Below are positions 54,864 through 64,000 of a stretch of 64,000 bases of DNA, piece by piece. A program made the position numbers and the translations under genes. A model generated the notes under the pieces. That model was not told where the DNA came from and did not search any database. It saw nothing but the letters and a program-made list of their open reading frames with translations. Within the stretch, counting starts at the first letter, position 1, and each line of letters starts with the position of its first letter. Origin of the DNA: a virus; the IMG/VR virus record IMGVR_UViG_3300011113_000747, positions 32,001-96,000 of that record, one strand, 5' to 3'.

Positions 54864-56651
54864 ATGAAAAAACTCATCTTATTACTAGTAAGTATATGCA
54901 CCTTATCATTTGGTGCTACATTAGAACAGCTTAATAACTATAGTGGTTGGGTTGATTCTGTGTTACAAAAACAATATGTAGCTGCTAATGTTCAACCTCT
55001 TGGTAGGGTTAATGACGATACTTTTGTTCGTCGTGCATATCTTACAATTATTGGTAGAAACCCCACATACGAAGAGTATGAAATGTTCAATAAGGCGACT
55101 GATCCTAATAAAAGACAAGGATTAATTCAGTTTCTTATTAATCACCCTGGTTATACATCACATATGTTTAACTTTTGGGCTGAGTCGTTAAGATTGCGTG
55201 ATAGAATCAACACCACCAATAACTTCTCTGGTGGTCCTTATATTGATTATGTGAAGGATTCTATTGCAGCTAATAAATCTTATTCGAAATTTGTTACAGA
55301 TCTATTAACAGCAACAGGTTCTTATTACGATAATCCAGCTACTGGCTATTTCTATCGTGATTTAGGAATGCCTTTAGATAATCTAATTGGCACAGGTAAA
55401 GTGTTTATGGGTACTGATATTGGATGCGCACAATGCCATGATGATCCGTTCCAAGACTTCACTCAAATGCAGTTCTATAAGATGGCTGCTATGTTTAATC
55501 AGGTAGAACTTAGAGGTCGTGGAAGAGATAAAGACCCAGCTGTTGCAGCTCGTCAAAAAGCATTGAGAGAAGAAATTGATGCTTTGATTAAAGCTGATCC
55601 AATGAAGAATCGTGGATTGAACAATACAATTAATAACTTTGTTGCTGCTATGAGAGCTAATCTTGAAGTAGATGAAAAGCGCGAACTAAAACTACCACAT
55701 GATTACAACTACAAAGATGCAAAGCCATTTGATACAGTTGTACCTGCAGTTCTTTCTGGTAAAACAGAGATTAAAAACAAAGACGACATGAGAAAAGATG
55801 TTGTTGCTTGGTTGGTTAACCCAGAACACCCAACATTCACAAAGAACATTGTGAACCGTTACTGGAAATGGGTGTTCGGTAAGCATATCATCGAAGATTA
55901 TGATAATATCTATGATGATGAAAAGCTTAATAGTGAGCTTATGAATACACTTGCTGCAATTATGGTAAGTGTAAATTATGATACCAAACAGTTCATGTAT
56001 GTATTATACAATACCAAGTTATTTCAACGTGAACTCTACGATGGTGCATATTCAAATTCAGATAAGTTTGTGTTTATTGGACCAGTTAAACAACGTTTAA
56101 CTGCAGAGCAGATGTGGGATTCAGTTATTTCTATTGCTCTTGATAAACCAGATACATTCAAATTGACTTTCCAAGATGAATATGTAAAAGTAATGAGATA
56201 TTCATTAGAAGATCTCACTATTGATAAATTAAAAGCAAAGAATGAGGAATATCAGAAGATTATTCGTTCAAAATACGAGACTGCTCCAAAATATCGTAAT
56301 TACCCTCTTGTAAGAGCATCAGAGGTTAATGATAATGGACCCGTTAATACTATTCTTGAACAGCTTGGTCGTAGTGATCGTGAATTAATTGACACTTCAT
56401 CACGAGAAGGTTCAGTTACACAGGTTATTTCTTTCATGAACGGTCAATTAGCTGAAGTAGCAGTCAACAAAGAGACAAACCTTGCAAAGTTACTTGCAGG
56501 TAAGTCTCCAACCGATACCATTGATATTATCTTTAAGTCTGTATTAGTAAGAAGACCAACAATTGATGAAAAATCTAAGTTTGTTGGTGTGCAGGACGAT
56601 GATATCATCTGGGCACTAGTAAACAGTTCGGAGTTCAAATTCAATAAATAA
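54864..56651 (+). CDS. DUF1549/DUF1553 (PSD1-type) protein with Sec signal and CxxCH
   Basis: MKKLILLLVSICTLSFG; TFVRRAYLTIIGRNPT; FMGTDIGCAQCHDDPF; FTKNIVNRYWKWVFG; RLTAEQMWDS; WALVNSSEF. Confidence 0.9.
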   Translation: MKKLILLLVSICTLSFGATLEQLNNYSGWVDSVLQKQYVAANVQPLGRVNDDTFVRRAYLTIIGRNPTYEEYEMFNKATDPNKRQGLIQFLINHPGYTSHMFNFWAESLRLRDRINTTNNFSGGPYIDYVKDSIAANKSYSKFVTDLLTATGSYYDNPATGYFYRDLGMPLDNLIGTGKVFMGTDIGCAQCHDDPFQDFTQMQFYKMAAMFNQVELRGRGRDKDPAVAARQKALREEIDALIKADPMKNRGLNNTINNFVAAMRANLEVDEKRELKLPHDYNYKDAKPFDTVVPAVLSGKTEIKNKDDMRKDVVAWLVNPEHPTFTKNIVNRYWKWVFGKHIIEDYDNIYDDEKLNSELMNTLAAIMVSVNYDTKQFMYVLYNTKLFQRELYDGAYSNSDKFVFIGPVKQRLTAEQMWDSVISIALDKPDTFKLTFQDEYVKVMRYSLEDLTIDKLKAKNEEYQKIIRSKYETAPKYRNYPLVRASEVNDNGPVNTILEQLGRSDRELIDTSSREGSVTQVISFMNGQLAEVAVNKETNLAKLLAGKSPTDTIDIIFKSVLVRRPTIDEKSKFVGVQDDDIIWALVNSSEFKFNK

Positions 56652-56659
56652 TAAAAGCC

Positions 56660-57895
56660 ATGAATAACTTAACAAGACGTAATTTCGTGCTTAATCTTGC
56701 TTCTGCAGGTTTAGGTGTAACCGTTCTACCTCACGTTGCAGCTGCTCCAGCTAGCAAAAAAGCAGAACATATCATTTATTTGTTTATGAATGGTGGTATG
56801 AGTCATTTAGATACATTTGATCCTAAAACTAATGCAGAAGTTAAGGGTGAATTTAATTCTATTACCACAAATGCAGGTTATGAAATCTCAGAACACCTAC
56901 CTTTGATGGCTAAGCATGGTGATAAGATGGCAGTTGTTCGTTCCATGATGGTTACAACAGGTGATCACGCTGGAGCGCAATATTTACAAAGAACTTCATT
57001 CAAGAAGATTGGTACAATTGTACACCCTAACATGGGAGCTTGGATGTGTCATTATACTGAAGATGGAAAACCAAAAGTCATTCCACAAAACGTATTAATC
57101 GGTGGTGGAGCTGATCATCCTGGTGCTGGTTGGATGCCTAAGAAGTATTCTCCTATTCCAGTTGCAGATCCAATGAGAGGTCTTGATAATACTAAGCTTA
57201 AGAATACAGCAGAGTTCGCAAAGAGGGTGCAAATCCTAGAAAAGCTTGAAAAAGATGCAAATAAGATTATTAACCCAGCTCAAAAGTCATATGCTGAGTT
57301 TTATGATCAAACAATCCGTCTTCTTAACTCTAATGAGCTTGATGTATTTGATCTTTCTAAGGTAGATCAAGCAACAAGAGACAAATATGGTAATAATCGT
57401 TTTGGTCAAGGGGTTTGCTTAGCAAAACGCTTGATTGAGCAAGGTAAATGTAAGTTCATTGAAGTTTCTGATGGTGGTTGGGATACACACGTTAATAACT
57501 TTGAGTCTCTTGAAACCAAACTTGGTATTCTTGATCAAGCAGTCAACGCACTTATCGAAGACCTTAAAGCATCAGGTCTTTACGATAAGACCCTTATCGT
57601 AATTGCAACAGACTTCGGTAGAACACCAAATATTAACATTAATAATGGTAGGGATCACCATCCAGGTGCTTTCTGCGGTGTTCTTATCGGAGCAGGCATT
57701 AAAGGTGGTCAAGCTTATGGTAAATCTGATGATAAAGGTATGAAAGCTGTTGAAAACATTGTAAGTCCATCTGATTTCAATGCTACTATTGCAGCTGCTG
57801 CCGGGTTACCAATTGATGAAATTGTAATGTCACCTGAAAATCGACCATTCAAGATCGCAGATAAAGGTAAACCTATTCAAGCACTTTTAGCTTGA
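56660..57895 (+). CDS. DUF1501 family protein with Tat signal
   Basis: LTRRNFV signal; LFMNGGMSHLDTFDPK, LAKRLIEQG, GWDTH, TDFGRTP.IN...GRDHHP. Confidence 0.92.
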   Translation: MNNLTRRNFVLNLASAGLGVTVLPHVAAAPASKKAEHIIYLFMNGGMSHLDTFDPKTNAEVKGEFNSITTNAGYEISEHLPLMAKHGDKMAVVRSMMVTTGDHAGAQYLQRTSFKKIGTIVHPNMGAWMCHYTEDGKPKVIPQNVLIGGGADHPGAGWMPKKYSPIPVADPMRGLDNTKLKNTAEFAKRVQILEKLEKDANKIINPAQKSYAEFYDQTIRLLNSNELDVFDLSKVDQATRDKYGNNRFGQGVCLAKRLIEQGKCKFIEVSDGGWDTHVNNFESLETKLGILDQAVNALIEDLKASGLYDKTLIVIATDFGRTPNININNGRDHHPGAFCGVLIGAGIKGGQAYGKSDDKGMKAVENIVSPSDFNATIAAAAGLPIDEIVMSPENRPFKIADKGKPIQALLA

Positions 57896-57903
57896 TAATA
57901 TAA

Positions 57904-57919
57904 GGAAATCGTCTATAAT
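57904..57919 (+). promoter_or_regulatory. GGAAA-N5-TATAAT promoter
   Basis: TTGATA-16 nt-TATAAT with GGAAA; before RNase H. Confidence 0.65.
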
Positions 57920-57925
57920 AGGGGT

Positions 57926-58792
57926 ATGAAAACTCTTATTATAGACGGAAATAACCTTGTTCATCGTTGTTTCTGGGTTGCAAACAACCAGACTAAAGGT
58001 GAAGACTCTTATCTCCATGTATATATGGTGCTTAACTCTGTTAAGACATATGTAGAGAAGTTCAAACCTGATAAAATTTACTGTTGCTGGGATGAGAAGA
58101 AAGATTACGGTGTAAACGAACGTAAAGAAATGTTCGCTGATTACAAAGGTAATCGTGATCGTGAATATAGTGCTCAAGTTCATGATAAAAACGAGCATAT
58201 TAAGCATTTACTTAGCTGTCTTGGGGTTAAAAACTTCTTCCCATTACGTTTAGAAGCAGATGATTGCATGGCTTTCCTTTGCAAAGAGCTTCCAGGTAAG
58301 AAAGTGGTGGTTACAGTTGATAAGGACCTTTGTCAGTGCATTGATACTAATGTTATTGTGTATGATCCTATTAGAAAGCAGGAGATTAATATTGATAACT
58401 TCTTAGATATAATGAAAGTTACTAAAGAGCATTATCTTATAGAGAAATGCTTTAGAGGTGATAAGTCTGATAATGTACCAGGTGTAACTGGGATGGGTAA
58501 AAAGAAGATTGAAAAGTTTTTCATTGGTGCTTATAGGACTACGAATGAGCAAGATGCTGAATTTAAAAGAAATTATGATCTCTTTAGACTTGATAGATAT
58601 ACCATGCATACAGATGAACATTCGTGGTATAAAGAGCAGGTAGACGTTGAACAAAAACATGATTTCAAACAATTTAAGTTGTATTGTGAAGATCTTAAAT
58701 TAGATTCTATTCTGAAAAAGCAAGATAGATGGTATGATATCTTCTGTTTTGGTAATGATTACCAGAGCTATCTCATGAATATGTTAAAATGA
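57926..58792 (+). CDS. rnh: RNase H / 5'-3' exonuclease (T4 rnh family)
   Basis: IIDGNN, YKGNR, EADD, VDKDL, GDKSDNVPG. Confidence 0.88.
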   Translation: MKTLIIDGNNLVHRCFWVANNQTKGEDSYLHVYMVLNSVKTYVEKFKPDKIYCCWDEKKDYGVNERKEMFADYKGNRDREYSAQVHDKNEHIKHLLSCLGVKNFFPLRLEADDCMAFLCKELPGKKVVVTVDKDLCQCIDTNVIVYDPIRKQEINIDNFLDIMKVTKEHYLIEKCFRGDKSDNVPGVTGMGKKKIEKFFIGAYRTTNEQDAEFKRNYDLFRLDRYTMHTDEHSWYKEQVDVEQKHDFKQFKLYCEDLKLDSILKKQDRWYDIFCFGNDYQSYLMNMLK

Positions 58793-59829
58793 TACTTCCT
58801 GAAGAATACATCATAGAAAAGTTTTATACTTACGGTTATCAACCTAAGCGTAACAAATACAATAAGACATATCAATGTGGGTGTCCTATTTGTCGTGAAG
58901 GTAAATCGTTAGGTATAAAACGTAGATGTTTTTATATACCTAAAAATAATAATATCTTCTGCCATAACTGTGGATGGAGCTCACCTCCACTTAAATGGAT
59001 TGAAAAGGTATCAGGACTCACATATGCTCAAATACTTGATGAAGCTAGTAAGTATGATACCACCAAAGTATACGACTTTAAAGATGTTGTAATCAAGAAA
59101 GAGTATGTAGCACCTACATTACCAACAGATTCAATTAATTTATTTGATAAAACTCAGGTAAAGTTTCATAAAGACAACGAAGTTGTGAGAGCATGCCTTA
59201 AACTTATCAAGGATAGACGTATTCATAAAGCTATCAATAAACCAAAAGCTCTTTATGTATCATTGAAAGATAAAACCCATAAAAATAGATTGGTTATTCC
59301 ATTCTATAATGAACATGGAGATATTGTTTTCTATCAATCTAGAACAGTACTACCTAGTATCAATGACATTAAGTCGAAATATACGTCTAAGGTAGGGAGC
59401 GATAAGTCTCTTTATGGTATTAACAATGTAAAAGATGATCTTAACTATGTTTTTCTATTTGAAGGTCCAATTAATGCAATGTTTACTAAGAATGGACTTG
59501 CAGTTGCTGGCATTTCAAAAGGAGAACATTTATTGACTCAAACTCAACAGGATCAACTTAAACGTTATCAGTTTTATAATCGTATTTGGGTGTTAGACTC
59601 CCAGTGGATTGATAATACATCGTTAGTTAAGACTGAAAAGTTACTCAAAAAAGGTGAAACGGTGTTTATTTGGCCAGCAAAGTATGGTAAAAAGCTGAAA
59701 GACTTCAACGATATAGCAATGAAGTATAATCTTGATGAGATTACACCAGAATTTGTTATTGAAAATAGTTTTACTGAATTAATGGGTATGGTAAAACTAG
59801 CAGAGATAAAAAAAGCGAGCAGAAAGTAA
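58789..59829 (+). CDS. gp61: DNA primase
   Basis: CPIC...CHNCG zinc finger, RLVIPF, FEGPINAMF, WVLD, KDFND. Confidence 0.9.
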   Translation: MILPEEYIIEKFYTYGYQPKRNKYNKTYQCGCPICREGKSLGIKRRCFYIPKNNNIFCHNCGWSSPPLKWIEKVSGLTYAQILDEASKYDTTKVYDFKDVVIKKEYVAPTLPTDSINLFDKTQVKFHKDNEVVRACLKLIKDRRIHKAINKPKALYVSLKDKTHKNRLVIPFYNEHGDIVFYQSRTVLPSINDIKSKYTSKVGSDKSLYGINNVKDDLNYVFLFEGPINAMFTKNGLAVAGISKGEHLLTQTQQDQLKRYQFYNRIWVLDSQWIDNTSLVKTEKLLKKGETVFIWPAKYGKKLKDFNDIAMKYNLDEITPEFVIENSFTELMGMVKLAEIKKASRK

Positions 59830-59844
59830 TCTGCTCGCTTTTTT
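59809..59844. terminator. Bidirectional terminator
   Basis: A tract-GCGAGCAGA/TCTGCTCGC-T tract. Confidence 0.85.
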
Positions 59845-59860
59845 ATTGTTATAATGTGAA

Positions 59861-60280
59861 TTAAACACCCTTGTACTTAGGATCTCTAGCTGTAGCAAGG
59901 TAACCTTGGAAAATTTGAGAAAGAGCTGCAAGGTCCATTGCTGAACGAGCAATTTTCTTGGTTTCAGTTGTACGAATTTTATCAAGAATGGTATCTGGTG
60001 TAGCATCCTTAAGTGTATTCTGGATAGATTTGCCTGTAGGTGAGTTAAGATATTTTACGAACTCATCAAGTTTAACGATCCATCCTTGTACTGTGCTAAT
60101 CATTTGCTGTTGCTGTTGAGCTACTGCAGTAGCAGCCTGCGCATCAATATCAGCACCAAGTGCTGCTGGATCTGTTTCAGCATCTAATGTTGCAGCCATT
60201 GCAGCCTCATCAGGTGTTGGTGTAACATCTTGCTCGTCTTGTTCAAGGAGTGTAAAGAATTTTTTTGTAAAGCTACTCAT
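59861..60280 (-). CDS. Hypothetical protein (putative internal head protein)
   Basis: MSSFTKKFFTLLEQ; TAAATA at 60286-91. Confidence 0.65.
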   Translation of the reverse strand: MSSFTKKFFTLLEQDEQDVTPTPDEAAMAATLDAETDPAALGADIDAQAATAVAQQQQQMISTVQGWIVKLDEFVKYLNSPTGKSIQNTLKDATPDTILDKIRTTETKKIARSAMDLAALSQIFQGYLATARDPKYKGV

Positions 60281-60313
60281 ACTATTATTTATTGGAAGTG
60301 ATAAATATATTTA

Positions 60314-60643
60314 ATGATTAACGTAGGAGATCCATACTCTGTTACAAGAGCTCAACCACCTAAATTAGGTGACGATTACACAGCTGCTTATGACTTACTA
60401 AAACAAGAGCAAGAAGAAGCTGCGCAAGCTCCTCCTGAGCTACCTCACGAGTTGACTCAGATTTATTCTCAGATTGGTGAAATGGTTAACACCCTTAATA
60501 ATATTGCAGCTGTTTTAGAAAAAGGTGTAGGAGAAATTCCATTACTTAAAGGTAAGCGTATTGATAATCAAATTGATCAGATAATTAAGATTAGAGAAGA
60601 GTTATTCGAGTTGAATAATTCTCTCATTGATCTTAAATTATAA
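60314..60643 (+). CDS. Hypothetical coiled-coil protein
   Basis: TAAATA at 60302. Confidence 0.6.
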   Translation: MINVGDPYSVTRAQPPKLGDDYTAAYDLLKQEQEEAAQAPPELPHELTQIYSQIGEMVNTLNNIAAVLEKGVGEIPLLKGKRIDNQIDQIIKIREELFELNNSLIDLKL

Positions 60644-61055
60644 TATGATCAAACAGGTTTTGCAAAGTTTTGCGATTGTAATCGTTATAAGCAGTATTTT
60701 TGGATACACTCTAGGTACGATTATGGGTGGTTGGCAACATGCATTTGTTTTTTCTATGCTTTTGCAGCTAATTGGTGGTTATTTTTACAATGATATTACA
60801 ATCCGTAGTGATTCACTTAAAAAAGAAAGCATTTTAAATGAAAGATTTGATATTCTTTCACGTAACATCGTATCATTTCCATGCCCTTGTGGTGGTAATA
60901 CATTTGAAGAGATAGTTTATCCAGGTGAAGATAATAACTTTGTTTGTGAGAAGTGTAATCAAGAAATTAGAGTAGATGTTTCGTTTACACCTATCGTAAT
61001 TACAAAACCTTTACTTTCTGATCCATTAGAAAAAATTAAAACACCTGTAGAATAA
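60627..61055 (+). CDS. Membrane protein with a C-terminal Zn ribbon
   Basis: Two hydrophobic helices; CPCG...CEKC. Confidence 0.65.
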   Translation: MILNYNMIKQVLQSFAIVIVISSIFGYTLGTIMGGWQHAFVFSMLLQLIGGYFYNDITIRSDSLKKESILNERFDILSRNIVSFPCPCGGNTFEEIVYPGEDNNFVCEKCNQEIRVDVSFTPIVITKPLLSDPLEKIKTPVE

Positions 61056-61060
61056 TTAGA

Positions 61061-61076
61061 GGAAATTTAGTATAAT
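61061..61076 (+). promoter_or_regulatory. GGAAA-N5-TATAAT promoter
   Basis: TAGAAT-17 nt-TATAAT with GGAAA. Confidence 0.6.
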
Positions 61077-61082
61077 ATTATT

Positions 61083-61337
61083 ATGAAAAAAGATAATATT
61101 TATATTTCAGTCAATACAAAGAGTGGTAAAGAACAAATGCATATTGATCATTATGCAAGGTGGCTTTGTTTGATTGAAGCAATCGATTATATCGATAAAA
61201 AGTGTGAGGATATGGGAACAGATATTGAAAGTGTTGATTGGGTCAAGCCAATTGCATTCCAAAAATACATCGATGAGCGTTTTCACTCAATGAAGCATGA
61301 TCTTAAGTACGAATACACAAATGGTCTATTAGAATAG
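61083..61337 (+). CDS. Conserved phage hypothetical protein
   Basis: DWVKPIAFQKYIDER. Confidence 0.65.
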   Translation: MKKDNIYISVNTKSGKEQMHIDHYARWLCLIEAIDYIDKKCEDMGTDIESVDWVKPIAFQKYIDERFHSMKHDLKYEYTNGLLE

Positions 61338-63515
61338 ACTTACTCTAATAGGTACATCAATTATTTCAGGGTTTAAATTAGCAACACCCGCATTAGGTAC
61401 ACCAGTTTGACCGAAAAGGTTATATCCCCATGAATATAATTCATTGGAATTACTTTTAGCAAGTACTGTTTTATTGATACCATTTTGTTCGTATGAAAAT
61501 ACTTCAAAATCAGTCCAAGTTACACCTTGTGGTCTAATAACCTGTTGTAAGGTATTTTGTTTTGTGACATTACCTTCACCTCTACCATCTATACCACCCT
61601 GCACAAATCCAGATACATAAATATCACCTGAACTAGTTAAAACAAACAGTGTAGCGTTGTTACCAATACCAACCATTTTAGCTTTTTCTACTCCAAAGAT
61701 ATTAGGTACTGGTGTAGTTGCGAGAGATTTATTCTGGTTATCACTGGTACCAAGAGCTCCATTACCATTATTACCCCAAACTCTAATCTCTTTAGAGCTA
61801 AGTACTGCACACACACTTACGTTGCCATTTCCAGTAGGGTCTCCATTTGTTGTAATGTATCTTACACCTGTAAGAGTTTGTGTACTTGATGAAACTGGAG
61901 TCCAAAAAGTCTGAAGAGTTTTAAAGCCTGGAACACCTAAGAAAGAACCGTTACCACATGCACCTTTACCATTATTACCACAAGACCAAACTTTACCCCC
62001 TGTTAAAATATATGAAGTAGAACCAGATGTATAAACATCATCGGCGGACATTTGTTCAGATACCAGCACAGGTAGTGTAACCGACTTTTTAGGGTTAACT
62101 TGAACAGAAGATAAAGCCCAAAGTGGTGAATCTCTGAATGTTGTGGTGTTGGTAGGGGGTCTACCTAAAGCAATATTATTACCTGTACCAGTTGTTGCTG
62201 CGCTAAGACCCAATTGACCAGCTCCGTTCCACCCAACTACATGTACACCGTTAGTTGTATCAATTGCAAGAGCATATCCAAGTGTATTTGAGTTTGAAGC
62301 AGTAATTTTGCGGAGTGAAACACCACCGATTGAACCTGGGGTGGCTACATTATTAATGCAAAGTGGCGTTCTAGTATTAATTAAATCACCTGTACCTAAT
62401 TGACCAATTTTATTTGATCCCCAAGCCCAAAGATTACCACCACTTATTGCATAAACAGAGCAATTAGTAGCACCTATATCATTACCTAAACTAATTGCAA
62501 GACTATCAATACCTGAAAGTGGTGATGTTGTTGGTCCTGAACCAGAAGGTATAACTGTAAATGTATTTCTTCTTGTGGTGTCGCCTAGACCTAACTGTCC
62601 TGCTGTATTATCACCTGCAGAATAAACATAACCTCTGTTGGTAAGTAAAAGAGTTGTTAACCCTGTGGTGCAAATATTAGTAACATATTCTGAAGTAAGA
62701 CCTGTTACAAATGAAACGGGAATTTGTGGAAAATTACCGTAAGCGTTTTGATAAAACCCCATACCACCGTTTTTTGTATTACCATATAAACCACTTGTTC
62801 TTATTTTCCTATCATTATCGTTTATAAATGTAACATTATTACCTGTATTACCTCTACCGTTATTATCGTCACCATTTATTAAAAAAGAAGATAATGGATT
62901 TAGTCTAGAACCAGGTTGTGCTGCTATTCTACTTTCAACATAACCTATAGTAGCAATCCTCGTACTAGGTTCTCCAACTGAAGGTGTTGAAGCTGAAATT
63001 CCACCTGTAAATGTACCACCAGAAAGTGGCATAAACTTACCATCTACATAACCTTTATTAATTAACTCTGTAGAATTAACAGGAGTTAAATTAGATGTTA
63101 TATTACCTGTGATGGTGCTACCAGTTAGTGCAACAAAATTTGCAAATACATAAGCTGGTGATACACTACTCACACTTATCACCGCAGCATCAACATATGA
63201 TTTACTAGCAGCTTTAGAACCTTCTGATAAATCACTTGAGAGGTAAATAAAGCAACTATTATTACCAAAAACATATAAGTTAGCACCAGTAAGAGCAGTT
63301 AGTGTACCAGTAAATGTATCACCTGATGCCTGCAAGTAACGTGTATCATTAGGTGTTAATAAACTACTTAAAATATTACTAGTTAGTGAACCGTAATCAG
63401 TTTTATATGATACTGATGATTCTCCATCTACCACATAGAAAAAATCTCCTGAAGTGTATGTACTTAATGATGAAAGTGTTGTGAGTTTAGTTCCTGGAAC
63501 GATATAGGTGCTCAT
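61329..63515 (-). CDS. RCC1/BLIP-II beta-propeller protein with tail-fibre-like N-terminus
   Basis: Repeats SAGDNTAGQLGLG, WGSNKIGQLGTG, WGNNGNGALG, WGYNLFGQTG; N-terminal KSYVD/KGYVD/GYVE repeats; TAAATA at 63525-30. Confidence 0.8.
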   Translation of the reverse strand: MSTYIVPGTKLTTLSSLSTYTSGDFFYVVDGESSVSYKTDYGSLTSNILSSLLTPNDTRYLQASGDTFTGTLTALTGANLYVFGNNSCFIYLSSDLSEGSKAASKSYVDAAVISVSSVSPAYVFANFVALTGSTITGNITSNLTPVNSTELINKGYVDGKFMPLSGGTFTGGISASTPSVGEPSTRIATIGYVESRIAAQPGSRLNPLSSFLINGDDNNGRGNTGNNVTFINDNDRKIRTSGLYGNTKNGGMGFYQNAYGNFPQIPVSFVTGLTSEYVTNICTTGLTTLLLTNRGYVYSAGDNTAGQLGLGDTTRRNTFTVIPSGSGPTTSPLSGIDSLAISLGNDIGATNCSVYAISGGNLWAWGSNKIGQLGTGDLINTRTPLCINNVATPGSIGGVSLRKITASNSNTLGYALAIDTTNGVHVVGWNGAGQLGLSAATTGTGNNIALGRPPTNTTTFRDSPLWALSSVQVNPKKSVTLPVLVSEQMSADDVYTSGSTSYILTGGKVWSCGNNGKGACGNGSFLGVPGFKTLQTFWTPVSSSTQTLTGVRYITTNGDPTGNGNVSVCAVLSSKEIRVWGNNGNGALGTSDNQNKSLATTPVPNIFGVEKAKMVGIGNNATLFVLTSSGDIYVSGFVQGGIDGRGEGNVTKQNTLQQVIRPQGVTWTDFEVFSYEQNGINKTVLAKSNSNELYSWGYNLFGQTGVPNAGVANLNPEIIDVPIRVSLF

Positions 63516-63527
63516 TTCTTAATATAT

Positions 63528-64000
63528 TTATGTGAGTAAGATATGTTCATCTTCAGTAGCAAATGCACTTAGAGATGAAATAGGTGTGATACCTGATTCT
63601 ACCAGAAGAGCAGTTATACCCACACTACTTGTTGTTGGAATATAGGTTGTGGGTGCAGAAGTTGAGCCTTCAATCTGAAAATTTTTAATTCTAAAAATTG
63701 TATTGTTGGATGCTGCAAATGATGTACCTGTAATAGGAAAACTACTAGAAATACCAACTTTATAAAAACTTGAATCTTGTATTGGTAAGGTTATGGGTAG
63801 TTCTAGAACTTGTGCATATGAATCATTATCATTAATTCTATGATCTATGTAAAGAGTTTGTCCAACATTACCTATTCTAAATCTTAACCATTGATAACTA
63901 TCAGTATTGGTTAAAAGAGTCATATTTGTATTGAGAGCTGATAAACTTTCATTATACAACAACTCAAAACCACTAAAACCACTTCTTATTGTTAATGAAT
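63528..64000 (-). CDS. C-terminal part of a hypothetical (probably structural) protein
   Basis: The reading frame stays open from 63962 to the right edge, so the track's start is artificial. Confidence 0.55.
   Translation of the reverse strand, partial: SLTIRSGFSGFELLYNESLSALNTNMTLLTNTDSYQWLRFRIGNVGQTLYIDHRINDNDSYAQVLELPITLPIQDSSFYKVGISSSFPITGTSFAASNNTIFRIKNFQIEGSTSAPTTYIPTTSSVGITALLVESGITPISSLSAFATEDEHILLT

Overview
AT-rich segment of a large T4-like (myovirus) phage genome read in the standard genetic code. It holds the portal gp20 (partial), a gp15-like tail protein, and a dispersed T4-type replication/recombination set (gp43, gp41, gp61, gp32, gp45, gp62-like, gp46/47, UvsW/X/Y, RNase H, late sigma gp55). 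Accessory functions include a preQ0/7-deazaguanine pathway (folE, queD, queE, queC plus a stand-alone class II glutamine amidotransferase), a galactofuranose/glycosyltransferase cluster, thyX, phoH and a SET-domain protein. At about 18.2-27.3 kb lies an RNA array. I count 38 tRNAs with readable anticodons covering all 20 amino acids, a tmRNA with a 34-residue tag, and several unclassified structured RNAs. Many tRNAs are architecturally abnormal: two have no D-arm and a D-loop-like segment 3' of the anticodon arm, four class I anticodons carry long variable arms, four Leu tRNAs lack one, and 18 have covarying non-TTC T-loops. The phage also encodes an exported DUF1549/DUF1553 + DUF1501 module typical of Planctomycetota/Verrucomicrobiota, pointing to a PVC host. 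A block of late proteins carries T4-like capsid-targeting N-termini, including an ADP-ribosyltransferase and a ligase-like nucleotidyltransferase. All family assignments are from motif recognition by eye, and RNA folds and coordinates were worked out manually.
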